Below are positions 27,678-36,593 of a DNA stretch of 57,055 nt, one piece after another; positions within the stretch are counted from its first letter, which is position 1; each line of letters opens with the position of its first letter. The stretch is from Candidatus Limnocylindrales bacterium (GTDB lineage Bacteria > Chloroflexota > Limnocylindria > Limnocylindrales > CSP1-4). The stretch covers positions 1 to 57,055 of the forward strand of contig DASSPG010000144.1 of assembly GCA_035699725.1 (NCBI GenBank). The letters are read 5' to 3'. A program made the translations under genes and the position numbers. The notes under the pieces are model-generated. The model had not been told where the DNA came from and searched no databases. It saw only the letters and a list, made by a program, of their open reading frames with translations.

Positions 27678-29042
27678 ATGGACTGGATCGTCGTCGCGTT
27701 CGTCGGGCTGCTCGCGATCGCCCTCGCCGTGGTCATCGCGATCGCCCTTGATCGCCAGCGAAACCTCGACGCCGCGCGCTCCGCGATCGTCCGAAGCGTC
27801 GCCGGGCTCGACACGGTCCGGCCGCCGACGCACGTCGGCGAGGCGCCGCTCGGCGGCTGGCCCGAGCTCGACGAGCCGGCCGACCTCGCGACGCTCGTCC
27901 GGCGCCTCCGGGCGCGGCTCGACGCCTCGGAGTTCGAGCTCGACCAGCAGGTCCGCAACGCCTCCTACCTGGCGGACCTGATGGGTGTCGGGATCCTGCG
28001 CCTCGGCGAGGACCGCACGATCGAGCTGGCCAACGCGGCGGCCCACGTCCTGCTCCGTCGGGAGCCGGGTACGCTCAAGGGACGGACGATCATCGAGGCG
28101 TTCCTCGACGCCGGGGTCGAGGAATTGATCGCGACCGCGCGGGAACGTGGCTCGGCATCGAGCGAGTTCCGCTCCAGCGGCCCGGACGGTCCCGTCCTGA
28201 TCGTGCGCGCCCGACGTTCCCCGGTCACCGGAGTCTGGATCGTGCTGGAGGACGTGACGGAGCTGCGCCGCCTGCAGCAGATCCGGACCCAGTTCGTCGA
28301 CAACCTGTCGCACGAGCTGCGCACCCCCCTGTCGACGGTGAGCCTGCTGGCCGAGACGCTCGGCCGGGACGCCGCGGCGGCCGGCGACGGCGTGCCGCCG
28401 AAGATGCGCGACCGGATCTCGAAGATCGAGGTCGAGACCGGCCACCTCGTCCAGATGGTGAACGAGCTGCTCGACCTGGCGCGGATCGAGAGCGGCGGGA
28501 CGCTGGTCCTCCTCGACGACGTGGATCTCGGCCGGATCGCAACGGAGGCCGCGGAACGGCTCCGCCTGTTCGCGGAGCGACAGGGCCTGTCACTGGTCGT
28601 GGACGTGCCGGATCGGGTGCCGTCGGTTCGCGGCGACGAGGCGCGGCTCGGCCAGGTGGTGGTCAATCTCGTCCACAACGCGCTGAAGTTCGGGCGTCCG
28701 GAGGACCGCGACGACCGCACGGGCGTGCCGTCCGGCGGCTCGCCGACCGCCGGCGCCGAGGTTCGCGTCGCGGTGCGCGCCGCCGACGGCGAGGTCGTCC
28801 TCACCGTCGAGGATCACGGGATCGGCATTCCGGCCGCCGACCGCGCGCGGATCTTCGAGCGGTTCTACAAGGTCGATCGGGCCCGCGTCCGGGGCGGCGG
28901 GACGGGGCTCGGGCTGGCGATCGCCCGCCACGTCGTCGAGCAGCACGGCGGCCGGATCCGCGTCGACTCCGAGGAGGGCAGGGGATCGACGTTCACGGTC
29001 AGCCTTCCCGTTGCGTCCGTGGACCCCCCGCTGCTCGACTGA
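27678..29042 (+). CDS. sensor histidine kinase, PhoR/SenX3-like (TM, PAS-like, HisKA, HATPase_c); no adjacent regulator
   Basis: N-terminal helix MDWIVVAFVGLLAIALAVVIAIAL. H-box FVDNLSHELRTPL, N-box VHNALKF, and G-boxes DHGIGI / GGTGLGLAI. Confidence 0.88.
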   Translation: MDWIVVAFVGLLAIALAVVIAIALDRQRNLDAARSAIVRSVAGLDTVRPPTHVGEAPLGGWPELDEPADLATLVRRLRARLDASEFELDQQVRNASYLADLMGVGILRLGEDRTIELANAAAHVLLRREPGTLKGRTIIEAFLDAGVEELIATARERGSASSEFRSSGPDGPVLIVRARRSPVTGVWIVLEDVTELRRLQQIRTQFVDNLSHELRTPLSTVSLLAETLGRDAAAAGDGVPPKMRDRISKIEVETGHLVQMVNELLDLARIESGGTLVLLDDVDLGRIATEAAERLRLFAERQGLSLVVDVPDRVPSVRGDEARLGQVVVNLVHNALKFGRPEDRDDRTGVPSGGSPTAGAEVRVAVRAADGEVVLTVEDHGIGIPAADRARIFERFYKVDRARVRGGGTGLGLAIARHVVEQHGGRIRVDSEEGRGSTFTVSLPVASVDPPLLD

Positions 29043-29101
29043 CACCGCGGGACCGTCCGTTCCGGGCGTCAGCCACCGGCCGGACACGTCACACTGCGAG
29101 G

Positions 29102-29848
29102 ATGGATTCGCTGCACGTCGCGACCCTCAACATCCGGAACCTGGCCGACCGCTGGGAGGAGCGCCTGCCGCTGCTCCTGGCCGACATGGCCGCGCTTCAG
29201 CCGGACCTGCTCGGCCTCCAGGAGGTGGTCTACCCGCTCCAGCAGGATCGGGTCATCGGCGCCGCCGGCGGCGGCCGGTATGAGACGACCCGGGGGTGGG
29301 CCGGCCGGCCGGAGTACGGCAATGCGCTCCTCGTCCGCGAGCCCCTGGCGCCGCTGGCGGCCGAGCGCCTGGACCTGGGCCTGACCCGATCCGCGCTCCG
29401 GGCGCGGATCCGGCTCGACGGCGGGACGACCGTGGTGGTCGCGGTCACCCATCTCCACCACGTCACCGAGGGCGAGGCCGAGCGGGACGAGCAGGCCCGG
29501 CTGCTGATCGACTGGCTGGCCGAGGGGCCGCATGCCGACGGCCTCATCGTCGTCGGCGACTTCAACGCCGAGCCCGAGGAGCCGACGTATGGCCGGATGG
29601 GGGCGGCCGGCTTCCGGTCCGCCCATCTCGAGGCGAACGGGGCCGAACCGGACGTCACCTGGCCGTCCGGGCTGGAGGCGCCGGCCAAGGACACCGACGG
29701 GCCGCCCGGCTGTCTCGACTACATCTGGGTCCGTGGGGCGATCGAGGTCGAATCGTGCCGGCTCGTCTTCGATCGGCCGGCCGTCCACGATCACGGCCTG
29801 TACCCGTCGGACCACATCGGGCTGGCGGCCCGGCTGGCCGTCGGCTGA
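29102..29848 (+). CDS. endonuclease/exonuclease/phosphatase (EEP) family protein
   Basis: VATLNIRN, LLGLQEV, VVGDFN, and the terminal SDHIGL catalytic His motif. Confidence 0.85.
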   Translation: MDSLHVATLNIRNLADRWEERLPLLLADMAALQPDLLGLQEVVYPLQQDRVIGAAGGGRYETTRGWAGRPEYGNALLVREPLAPLAAERLDLGLTRSALRARIRLDGGTTVVVAVTHLHHVTEGEAERDEQARLLIDWLAEGPHADGLIVVGDFNAEPEEPTYGRMGAAGFRSAHLEANGAEPDVTWPSGLEAPAKDTDGPPGCLDYIWVRGAIEVESCRLVFDRPAVHDHGLYPSDHIGLAARLAVG

Positions 29849-29850
29849 CC

Positions 29851-30537
29851 GTGGCAGTCGGCTCCGGCGCCACGTCCGGACGCACCCTGCGCCTCGCGCA
29901 CCGAGGCGACTGGCGGCGGGCTCCCGAGAACACGATGCCCGCCTTCCTTGCCGCGCTCGCCGTTCCCGGCTGCGACGGACTGGAGCTCGACGTCCGGGCC
30001 GCGAGCGATGGCGTGGCCGTGTGCTACCACGATGCCACGCTGACACGCGTCCACGGTGTCGACCGGCGCGTCGACGCCCTCGACCCCGAGGCGCTCGAAC
30101 GGCTCGGCATCCCGACGCTCGAGGCGGTGCTCGCCGCGGTCCCGCGACGTGCCTTCCTGGACGTCGAGCTCAAGGGCGATCCCGGCCGCGGGGCGTTCGA
30201 GGCGCTCGTTGCTGGTCGCGGCCCGGGTCTCGAGCGGGCGGTCGTGTCGTCGTTCGAGCCGACGGCGCTCGAGCGGATCGGCGGACTCGCCCCGACCTGG
30301 CCGCGCTGGCTCAATGCCGACGACGCGGCGCCGGCCACGATCGCGCAGGCCGTCGAGCTCGATTGCCGCGGGATCTCGGTGGAATGGCACGCCCTCGACG
30401 CGGCCGCCGTCGCCCGAGCCCGATCCGCCGGCCTCGACGTCGCGGCCTGGACGGTCCGGCGCCGCGCGACCTTCCGCCGCCTCGAACGACTCGGCGTCGC
30501 GGCGATCTGCGTGGAAGCGGCCGCGCTCGACGGCTGA
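29851..30537 (+). CDS. glycerophosphodiester phosphodiesterase family protein
   Basis: GTG start 3 nt after the EEP stop. LAHRGDWRRAPENTMPAF, ELDVRA..DG..VCYHD and TLEAVL are the GDPD signatures. Confidence 0.85.
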   Translation: MAVGSGATSGRTLRLAHRGDWRRAPENTMPAFLAALAVPGCDGLELDVRAASDGVAVCYHDATLTRVHGVDRRVDALDPEALERLGIPTLEAVLAAVPRRAFLDVELKGDPGRGAFEALVAGRGPGLERAVVSSFEPTALERIGGLAPTWPRWLNADDAAPATIAQAVELDCRGISVEWHALDAAAVARARSAGLDVAAWTVRRRATFRRLERLGVAAICVEAAALDG

Positions 30538-30617
30538 ACCCGATCGCGCCAGTCGTCCGCCGGTCGTCCTCCGAACCCGGATGCCGCCGGCGATCATCCC
30601 CATCTTCCAGGGACGTT

Positions 30618-30656
30618 CGGAATCGGAGCGCGGAATCGGAGCGCGGAATCGGATCG
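30618..30656. repeat. 13-bp tandem repeat (CGGAATCGGAGCG) x 3
   Basis: Units at 30618, 30631 and 30644, the third with one substitution. Intergenic. Confidence 0.85.
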
Positions 30657-30724
30657 CCATCCGAATCCGGATTGACCTCGCGGAGCGTTCGCGTTCGGAG
30701 CGTCTCGAGTGCGACGGTCGCCGC

Positions 30725-30767
30725 GCGACGGCCCGCGTCACGCGACGGCCCGCGTCACGCGACGGCG
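30725..30767. repeat. 17-bp tandem repeat (GCGACGGCCCGCGTCAC) x 2.5
   Basis: Units at 30725 and 30742, plus a partial copy at 30759. Intergenic. Confidence 0.85.
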
Positions 30768-30804
30768 TCGGGCCTCGGGACCGCGATGCCTATGCTGGGC
30801 CAGG

Positions 30805-32097
30805 ATGAGCACACGACCAGACGGCATCGAGCATGCGGACCTCGTGGTCGTCGGCGCCGGCACGGTCGGCGGCTGGGCGAGCTGGTTCGCCGCGACCGCC
30901 GGCGCGGGCCGGGTCGTCGTGCTGGAGCGGGACGTTGCCGGGCAAGGCGCGAGCAGCCGCGCCGCGGGCATCGTCCGGGCCCAGGGCGGGACGCCGACGA
31001 CGGTCGCGCTCGGTCGCTGGTCGATCGACTTCTACCGCCGCCAAGCCGTCGAGATCGGGACCGACAGCGGGTTCCGTCAGCTCGGCTACCTGATCCTGGC
31101 GGTCACCGCCGAGGACGAACGCGCCGGCCGGGAGCGGGTCGCGATGCAGCAGGCGGAAGGGCTCGCGGTCCGCTGGCTGGATGCCACGGCGGCCGCGGCC
31201 CTCGCCGGCACCCTCGCGCCGGTCGGCCATCGCGGTGGCAGCTACCTCGAGACCGACGGCTACATTGATCCGCCGCGCAACGTCCGGGCCTACTCCCTCG
31301 CGATGCAGCGAGCAGGGGTCGACCTGCGCGAACGGACCGCGTTCACGGGTCTCCGGACGGAGCCGACGGCGGCCGGCGGAAGACGCGTCGCCGGGGTCGA
31401 GACGCCCGCCGGCCCGATCGCCACCGAGCGGGTGATCCTGACCGGGGGTCCGAGCCTCCGCGCGGTCGGGCGGGTGGCCGGCGTGCGGATCCCGTCCGGC
31501 GCGGTTCGTCACACCGTGGCGATCCTCGAGCCCCACGAAGCGTTCGCAGTGGCTCAGCCCATGGTCTTCGACATCGGGGCGGGGCTGTACTGGCGACTGG
31601 AGGAGGGCGGCCTGCTGTTCGGCTGGAGCGACCCCAACGACCGGCCCGGTGAGGCGCGTGACATCGACTGGGCGATGTACGAGGCGATGCGCGCCCGGCT
31701 GGCGGGTTTCGTGCCCGTGACCGAGGGCCTGCGGCTGCGCAAGATCTGGGCGGCGACAATCGACTTCACGCCGGACCACCTGCCGATCCTCGGGCCCGGC
31801 CTGGCCGCCGACGGCCGGCCGATCGACGGACTGACAGTCGCGTCAGCCGGCGGACACGGGATGATGTGGGGCCCCGGGGTGGCCCGTGCGGCGGCGGACC
31901 TGGCGATGACCGGCCGGACCGACGTCGTGGACGCGACCGATCTCGGTCTCGACCGGTTCGACGAGCGCGGCCAGAGCCGGCTCGCGAGCGATCCGATCGC
32001 GCTGCCGTTCCCGCTCGACGCGGAGGATGGCGACGGCGCCGGCGACGGAGCCCGCGACGGCCCTGCGGCCGCGGCCAAGGCCCCGGCGCGACGCTAG
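30805..32097 (+). CDS. FAD-dependent oxidoreductase (DAO family; sarcosine/glycine/D-amino-acid oxidase-like)
   Basis: The dinucleotide fold DLVVVGAGTVGGWASWFAA...VVVLE, SSRAAGIVR, and a 430-aa length. ATG 30805 was chosen (TATGCT hexamer 8 nt upstream). Confidence 0.85.
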   Translation: MSTRPDGIEHADLVVVGAGTVGGWASWFAATAGAGRVVVLERDVAGQGASSRAAGIVRAQGGTPTTVALGRWSIDFYRRQAVEIGTDSGFRQLGYLILAVTAEDERAGRERVAMQQAEGLAVRWLDATAAAALAGTLAPVGHRGGSYLETDGYIDPPRNVRAYSLAMQRAGVDLRERTAFTGLRTEPTAAGGRRVAGVETPAGPIATERVILTGGPSLRAVGRVAGVRIPSGAVRHTVAILEPHEAFAVAQPMVFDIGAGLYWRLEEGGLLFGWSDPNDRPGEARDIDWAMYEAMRARLAGFVPVTEGLRLRKIWAATIDFTPDHLPILGPGLAADGRPIDGLTVASAGGHGMMWGPGVARAAADLAMTGRTDVVDATDLGLDRFDERGQSRLASDPIALPFPLDAEDGDGAGDGARDGPAAAAKAPARR

Positions 32098-32267
32098 GCC
32101 GCCTGCGAAGCCGCGATCCGGCCGGAGCCGGTGACCTTGGCGAGAGCGGCCGCGATCCGGGCGCTGAGCGACGGCTTCGGCGCCTCCGCGACGCGGCCGT
32201 GGCGCGCGCTCGCCGCGTCGGCGGCTTCGGTCGCGACGAGGACGTAGTAGGCGGCAACGGGGCTCAT
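32094..32267 (-). CDS. small hypothetical protein (57 aa)
   Basis: ATG preceded by GAAGGAACCACC. Nearly all codons end in G/C and the composition looks natural ([57 protein letters not shown]). Its stop overlaps the convergent oxidoreductase stop (CTAG). Confidence 0.5.
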   Translation of the reverse strand: MSPVAAYYVLVATEAADAASARHGRVAEAPKPSLSARIAAALAKVTGSGRIAASQAA

Positions 32268-32397
32268 GTCGGTGGTTCCTTCGGGGTGCGTGGTTGGTTC
32301 CCGTTCGCAGGATGGAACGGCGGGTACCCCCGTCACCATCGACGAGGGTCCCGACCGGTATGGACATCTGTCGCACCGCTCCGCGCGGCGCGGATGA

Positions 32398-33306
32398 TCA
32401 GCAGCAGCCGCCGGACCCGCACCCGCAGCCGCCGGCCTCGAGCATCGCGATCGCGCGCGGCAGGGCCGGCATGGCCGGTCGGTCGTCGAGGGCGACCGGC
32501 TGGAGCGGCTTGGTCGCCTTGACGATCGCGCCGTGGAGCCCGTCGGCGACCGCGTGGGTCGGTTCGATCGACACCTCGGTCAGTCCGACGGCGGCGAGGC
32601 CCGTCCGGTACTCCGTGAACGAGAGGGCTCCGGCGATGCAGCCGCTGAACGAGCCGCGCTCGGCACGCTCGGCGGCACTCAGCCGGTCGTCGGCGACCAC
32701 GTCGCTGACGCCGACCCGGCCGCCCGGGCGGAGGACGCGGGCGATCTCGCCGAGGACCGCGGCCTTGTCGGCCGCGAGGTTGATGACGCAGTTGCTGATC
32801 ACGACGTCCACCGAGTCCGACGGGAGCGGGATCGACTCGATCGTGCCGCGGACGAATTCGACGTTGTCGACGCCGGCCTCGCGGGCATTGCGGACGGCCA
32901 GAGCGAGCATCTCGTCGGTCATGTCCAGGCCGATCGCCCGGCCGGTGGGCCCGACGCGGCGAGCCGACAGGATGACGTCGATGCCGCCGCCCGACCCGAG
33001 GTCGAGCACGCGCTCGCCCTCGCGGAGCTCGGCGACGGCGGTGGGATTGCCGCAGCCGAGGCTGGCCAGGACGGCCGCCTCGGGAAGCTGGGAGCGATCG
33101 GCGTCGGCGTAGAGGATCTCGCCGAACACCGCGCTGCCGTCGGGGCCGCAGCACGACGCCTGGGCAGCGGAGTCGGTCTGCCTCCGGCCGGCGGCCAGGG
33201 CGGCCTCGGCGTAGCGGGCGCGGACCTCGTCGTGGATGCGGTCCTGGTCGACGATCTGTCCGTCGAGCGTGCGGTCAGGCTCGAGCGCGGTTCCCCGGTC
33301 GATCAT
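32398..33306 (-). CDS. arsM: arsenite S-adenosylmethionine methyltransferase
   Basis: GGAGGA lies before the ATG at 33306. All four conserved Cys contexts are present ([27 protein letters not shown]), as is the SAM motif [11 protein letters not shown]. The tail is Cys-rich ([11 protein letters not shown]). Confidence 0.92.
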   Translation of the reverse strand: MIDRGTALEPDRTLDGQIVDQDRIHDEVRARYAEAALAAGRRQTDSAAQASCCGPDGSAVFGEILYADADRSQLPEAAVLASLGCGNPTAVAELREGERVLDLGSGGGIDVILSARRVGPTGRAIGLDMTDEMLALAVRNAREAGVDNVEFVRGTIESIPLPSDSVDVVISNCVINLAADKAAVLGEIARVLRPGGRVGVSDVVADDRLSAAERAERGSFSGCIAGALSFTEYRTGLAAVGLTEVSIEPTHAVADGLHGAIVKATKPLQPVALDDRPAMPALPRAIAMLEAGGCGCGSGGCC

Positions 33307-33346
33307 TCGGTCCTCCTCGAGCGGCGGGCGTCCCGCCGGAGATGGG

Positions 33347-33550
33347 TCAGGCGGGGCAGCAGGCCGTGTCGACGGCGTCGTTCTGCGGGCGGGCGAAGGC
33401 CCGGATCCGCTCGACGAGGCCCATCCGGCCGGCCTGCTCGACGCGCCGGCTCTCGCGCAACGCGTGGAGCTGTTCTCGCTCGCGGGCATCGGCCACGGTC
33501 TCGATGCGGGGGCCGCCGGCGATCATCCAGGCGGCGATGTTCGTGTCCAT
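33347..33550 (-). CDS. small hypothetical protein (67 aa) ending in a vicinal Cys pair
   Basis: GAGGAG lies 6 nt before the ATG. There is strong G/C third-position bias, and about 46 percent of codons start with G, unlike the same-phase plus-strand ORF 33342..33614. Sequence: MDTNIAAWMIAGGPRIETVADAREREQLHALRESRRVEQAGRMGLVERIRAFARPQNDAVDTACCPA. It sits between the ArsR operator region and arsM. Confidence 0.55.
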   Translation of the reverse strand: MDTNIAAWMIAGGPRIETVADAREREQLHALRESRRVEQAGRMGLVERIRAFARPQNDAVDTACCPA

Positions 33551-33590
33551 CGGGCACTCCTCTCAGTGGGTGTGTCCGTATCCTAGGGAT

Positions 33591-33612
33591 AATATTGATA
33601 CTTGTCAATATT
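33591..33612. promoter_or_regulatory. candidate ArsR operator (perfect 8-bp inverted repeat, 6-bp spacer)
   Basis: AATATTGA-TACTTG-TCAATATT sits in the only AT-rich patch of the divergent arsR / arsM-operon intergenic region. Confidence 0.5.
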
Positions 33613-33636
33613 GATCGCCATCGATACCATATCGCC

Positions 33637-34020
33637 ATGAGCCGTCGCCCGAAGACCACCCTCATCGACCCCGACGTCCAGCTCCTGCAGGCCCTCGGCC
33701 ACCCCACGCGCCTCTCGATCGTGCGCGAGCTGATCGGCACGAGCGAGGTCTGCGCCTGCGACTTCACGAGCTGCTGCGATGTGCAGCAGCCCACGGTGTC
33801 GCACCACCTCCGGATCCTCAAGGAAGCGGGCGTGATCGCGGCCCAACGCCGCGGCACCCAGATGGTCTACCACCTGCTGCCGGCCGCGGCCGAGCGTCTC
33901 CAGGCCCTGGCCGGAGAGCTCCTCGGCCAGTCGCAGCTCATCCCCGCGGGCGCGTTCCGGCGATCCGGCGCGCTGTCTGTCTCCCCGGCCTCCGCGGGCT
34001 CGTCCGGCCCCGCGTCCTAG
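33637..34020 (+). CDS. arsR: ArsR/SmtB-family metalloregulator
   Basis: LQALGHPTRLSIVRELI...EVCACDFTSCCDVQQPTVSHHLRILKEAG is an HTH with a CxC plus CC thiolate cluster in the alpha-3 position. The long upstream extension in the track was rejected. Confidence 0.9.
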   Translation: MSRRPKTTLIDPDVQLLQALGHPTRLSIVRELIGTSEVCACDFTSCCDVQQPTVSHHLRILKEAGVIAAQRRGTQMVYHLLPAAAERLQALAGELLGQSQLIPAGAFRRSGALSVSPASAGSSGPAS

Positions 34021-34029
34021 GGCGGGCCC

Positions 34030-34539
34030 TCAGCGTCGGTCCGCGTCGAGCAGGTCCGGCGGGACGAGCCAGCGCAGCGTCCCGTCCCCGCCCGCGATGC
34101 GCCCGCGGACGTCGAGCCGAGCGAAGGCGCCCTTCTTCATCGTGAGGGCGTCGGTTCCCGCGAGGTAGCCGAGCAGCTCGCTGAAGTCCGGGTCGTGCCC
34201 GACCAGCACCGGCCGGCTCGGCGAGCCGGCGTCGGCGAGGATCGCGTCCACCGTCTCGGCATCGAACCCCTCCGCGAGCCGGTCCTCGAGCCGGACGGTG
34301 ACCCCGAGCGCCGTCGCCACGATCTCGGCCGTCTCACGGGCGCGGACCTTGGGAGAGGTGAGGATCGCGTCGGGCGCAAAGCCGATGCCGGCGAGGAAGG
34401 CGCCCAACCGCTCCGACTGGCCGATGCCCTTCGCGCTCAGCGGACGATCGGCATCGTCCCCGCTCCAGGCCCCGGGATCGCCCGCGTCGGCGTGGCGGAG
34501 GAGGTGGAGCTGAAGGGCGGCGCGATCGGACGGGCTCAT
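34030..34539 (-). CDS. SixA-type histidine phosphatase family protein
   Basis: LHLLRHADAG is the RHG-type catalytic motif. LSAKG..Q, PKVRARETAEI and LVGHDPDF are also present. 169 aa. Confidence 0.8.
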   Translation of the reverse strand: MSPSDRAALQLHLLRHADAGDPGAWSGDDADRPLSAKGIGQSERLGAFLAGIGFAPDAILTSPKVRARETAEIVATALGVTVRLEDRLAEGFDAETVDAILADAGSPSRPVLVGHDPDFSELLGYLAGTDALTMKKGAFARLDVRGRIAGGDGTLRWLVPPDLLDADRR

Positions 34540-34991
34540 CCGGGGAGGGTAGCGAGGAACCTCGTGATCCGCTCCCGGAGATCCGCCAGGGTCGCCCGGT
34601 AGACCCGGAGCACCTCGTCGTCCCGCCCGGTGGCGAGGGCCGGATCCGGGATGCTCCAGTGCGTCCGTCGGGCCGGCCCCGGGAAGGTCGGGCAGGCCTC
34701 CGCCGCGTCATCGCACACCGTCACGACGTGGTCGAACTCCTGGTCGAGGAACTCGGTCATCGACTTCGAGCGGGCCCAGTCGTGGGCGAGTCCCGCCTCG
34801 TCGAGCACCTGGATCGTGCGCGGGTTGACGGCCCCGGCCGGCACGCTCCCGGCAGAGCGAACGGAGATCCGCTCGCCGCCGAGCTCGCGGAAGAGCGCCT
34901 CCGCGAGGATCGAGCGGCAGCTGTTTCCCGTGCACAGGACGAGGATCCGCAGCGGCGCCGCCGGCACGCCCGGCGCGCCGGCGGCCGTCAT
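34536..34991 (-). CDS. arsC: arsenate reductase, LMW-PTP / thioredoxin-coupled type
   Basis: The P-loop VLCTGNSCRS, plus a downstream Cys pair VCDDAAEAC spaced like Cys82/Cys89 of the pI258 enzyme. Confidence 0.85.
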   Translation of the reverse strand: MTAAGAPGVPAAPLRILVLCTGNSCRSILAEALFRELGGERISVRSAGSVPAGAVNPRTIQVLDEAGLAHDWARSKSMTEFLDQEFDHVVTVCDDAAEACPTFPGPARRTHWSIPDPALATGRDDEVLRVYRATLADLRERITRFLATLPG

Positions 34992-35686
34992 GGGTTGAGG
35001 TCCTCGATCTGGCCACTGGCCAGGAACACGACGTCCTCCGCGATGTTCGTGACGCGATCGCCGATCCGCTCGAGGTAGTACGCGGCGAACAGGATCCGCG
35101 TCCCGCGGTCGACATTGTCCGGGTCGGCCCGCATCAGGCGGACGACCTCGTCGAAGGTCCGGTGGTACAGCCGGTCGATCTCGTCATCGCGCGCGGCGAC
35201 GGCCCGGGCGGCCTCGACGTCGATGTCGACGAGGGCACGCAGGATTCCTCCGACGAGGGATGCCGCGAGCTCGCCCATCGCGGGCAGGTCGACGTAGCGC
35301 TTGAGCGGCGGGTGCGGGGCGAGCTTGCGGACCTGCTTGGCGACCGAGGCGGCATGGTCGCCCATCCGCTCGAGCTCGTACCCGACATGATCGAGGGCCA
35401 GGAGGAACCGCAGGTCGCGGGCCACCGGCGCCTGGGTCGCGATCGTCCGGATGATGTGGTCGGACACCTCGCGCTGCTTGTCGTTGATCCGCCGGTCGCC
35501 GGTGATCACCGCCGTCGCGGCGTCCGCGTCGTGACGGACCAGCGAATCCATGGTTGCGAGGATCGACGCCTCGACCAGCGATCCCATGACCAGGATCAGG
35601 TCCTTGATCGCGCGCATGTCGGTGTCGAGCCCGGCCCGCGGCGGGTGGTCGGTCATTGCGCGGTCCTCGTTCATCGGGTCGCTCAT
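34988..35686 (-). CDS. phoU: phosphate signalling complex protein PhoU
   Basis: Two PhoU repeats ([11 protein letters not shown]...[12 protein letters not shown] and [10 protein letters not shown]...[17 protein letters not shown]). The ATG overlaps the pstB stop (ATGA). Confidence 0.93.
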   Translation of the reverse strand: MSDPMNEDRAMTDHPPRAGLDTDMRAIKDLILVMGSLVEASILATMDSLVRHDADAATAVITGDRRINDKQREVSDHIIRTIATQAPVARDLRFLLALDHVGYELERMGDHAASVAKQVRKLAPHPPLKRYVDLPAMGELAASLVGGILRALVDIDVEAARAVAARDDEIDRLYHRTFDEVVRLMRADPDNVDRGTRILFAAYYLERIGDRVTNIAEDVVFLASGQIEDLNP

Positions 35687-36582
35687 CCGAAGCGCCCCGA
35701 CACGTAGTCCTCGGTCAGCTGGTTGCGCGGGTTCGTGAAGATCTGGGCCGTGGGGCCCGTCTCCACGACGAACCCCGCCCGGTCCTCGCCCATCGTCATG
35801 AAGACGGTCGTGTCCGAGGCGCGCGCCGCCTGCTGCATATTGTGGGTCACGATCACGATCGTGTACTCGCGCCGGAGCTCGGCCATCAGCTCCTCGATCT
35901 GGAGCGTCGAGCGGGGGTCGAGCGCGGAGCACGGCTCGTCCATGAGGATGACCTCGGGATCGACCGCGATCGTGCGGGCGATGCACAGGCGCTGCTGCTG
36001 CCCGCCCGACAGCGACATGCCCGACTGCCTGAGCTTGTCCTTCACGTCGTCCCACAGCGCGGCGCGGCGCAGGCTGCGCTCGACGAGCTCGTGGATGTCG
36101 CCCTTGTAGCCGTTGATCCGGGGACCGAAGGCGACGTTGTCGAAGACGGTCTTCGGGAACGGGTTCGGCTTCTGGAAGACCATCCCCACGCGGCGCCGGA
36201 CGGCGACCGGATCGACCGACCTGTCGAACAGGTCCTGGCCGTCGAGCAGGATCCGGCCCTCCGAGCGGTAGGAGGGCACGAGGTCGTTCATCCGGTTGAT
36301 CGTGCGCAGCAGCGTCGACTTGCCGCAGCCGGACGGTCCGATGAGCGCGGTGATCGCGTTACGGGCCACCTGGATGTCGACGTTTCGGACGGCCCGGAAC
36401 GCGCCGTAGTAGCACGACACGTCCTGGAGCTCGACGACGTAGTCGGGTGCGGCGGCGGCCGCGCCGGCGGTTGCGGCCGCCCCGGGATCGGGCGCGGCCG
36501 GGAACGGCGCGATGCGGATCGTCGGGGACGGCCCGTCGGGCGCGACCTGGCCGGTCGGGACCTCCTCGAGCTGGGTGGACAC
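35683..36582 (-). CDS. pstB: phosphate ABC transporter ATP-binding protein
   Basis: GTG start 6 nt after [63 protein letters not shown]. Confidence 0.96.
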   Translation of the reverse strand: MSTQLEEVPTGQVAPDGPSPTIRIAPFPAAPDPGAAATAGAAAAAPDYVVELQDVSCYYGAFRAVRNVDIQVARNAITALIGPSGCGKSTLLRTINRMNDLVPSYRSEGRILLDGQDLFDRSVDPVAVRRRVGMVFQKPNPFPKTVFDNVAFGPRINGYKGDIHELVERSLRRAALWDDVKDKLRQSGMSLSGGQQQRLCIARTIAVDPEVILMDEPCSALDPRSTLQIEELMAELRREYTIVIVTHNMQQAARASDTTVFMTMGEDRAGFVVETGPTAQIFTNPRNQLTEDYVSGRFG

Positions 36583-36593
36583 GCGGTTCTCCT

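Noticed and set aside
32533-33636. The 368-residue N-terminal extension of arsR (track ORF 32533..34020), and similar long extensions of pstB (to 37401), phoU (to 36055), DUF47 (to 28445), pstS (to 39697), the CHAD protein (to 43832) and proS (from 16140).
   Set aside because: The extensions overlap well-supported genes on the other strand or in another frame. They lack the family sequence. Internal starts with SD elements, ATGA coupling or -10 hexamers give family-typical lengths.
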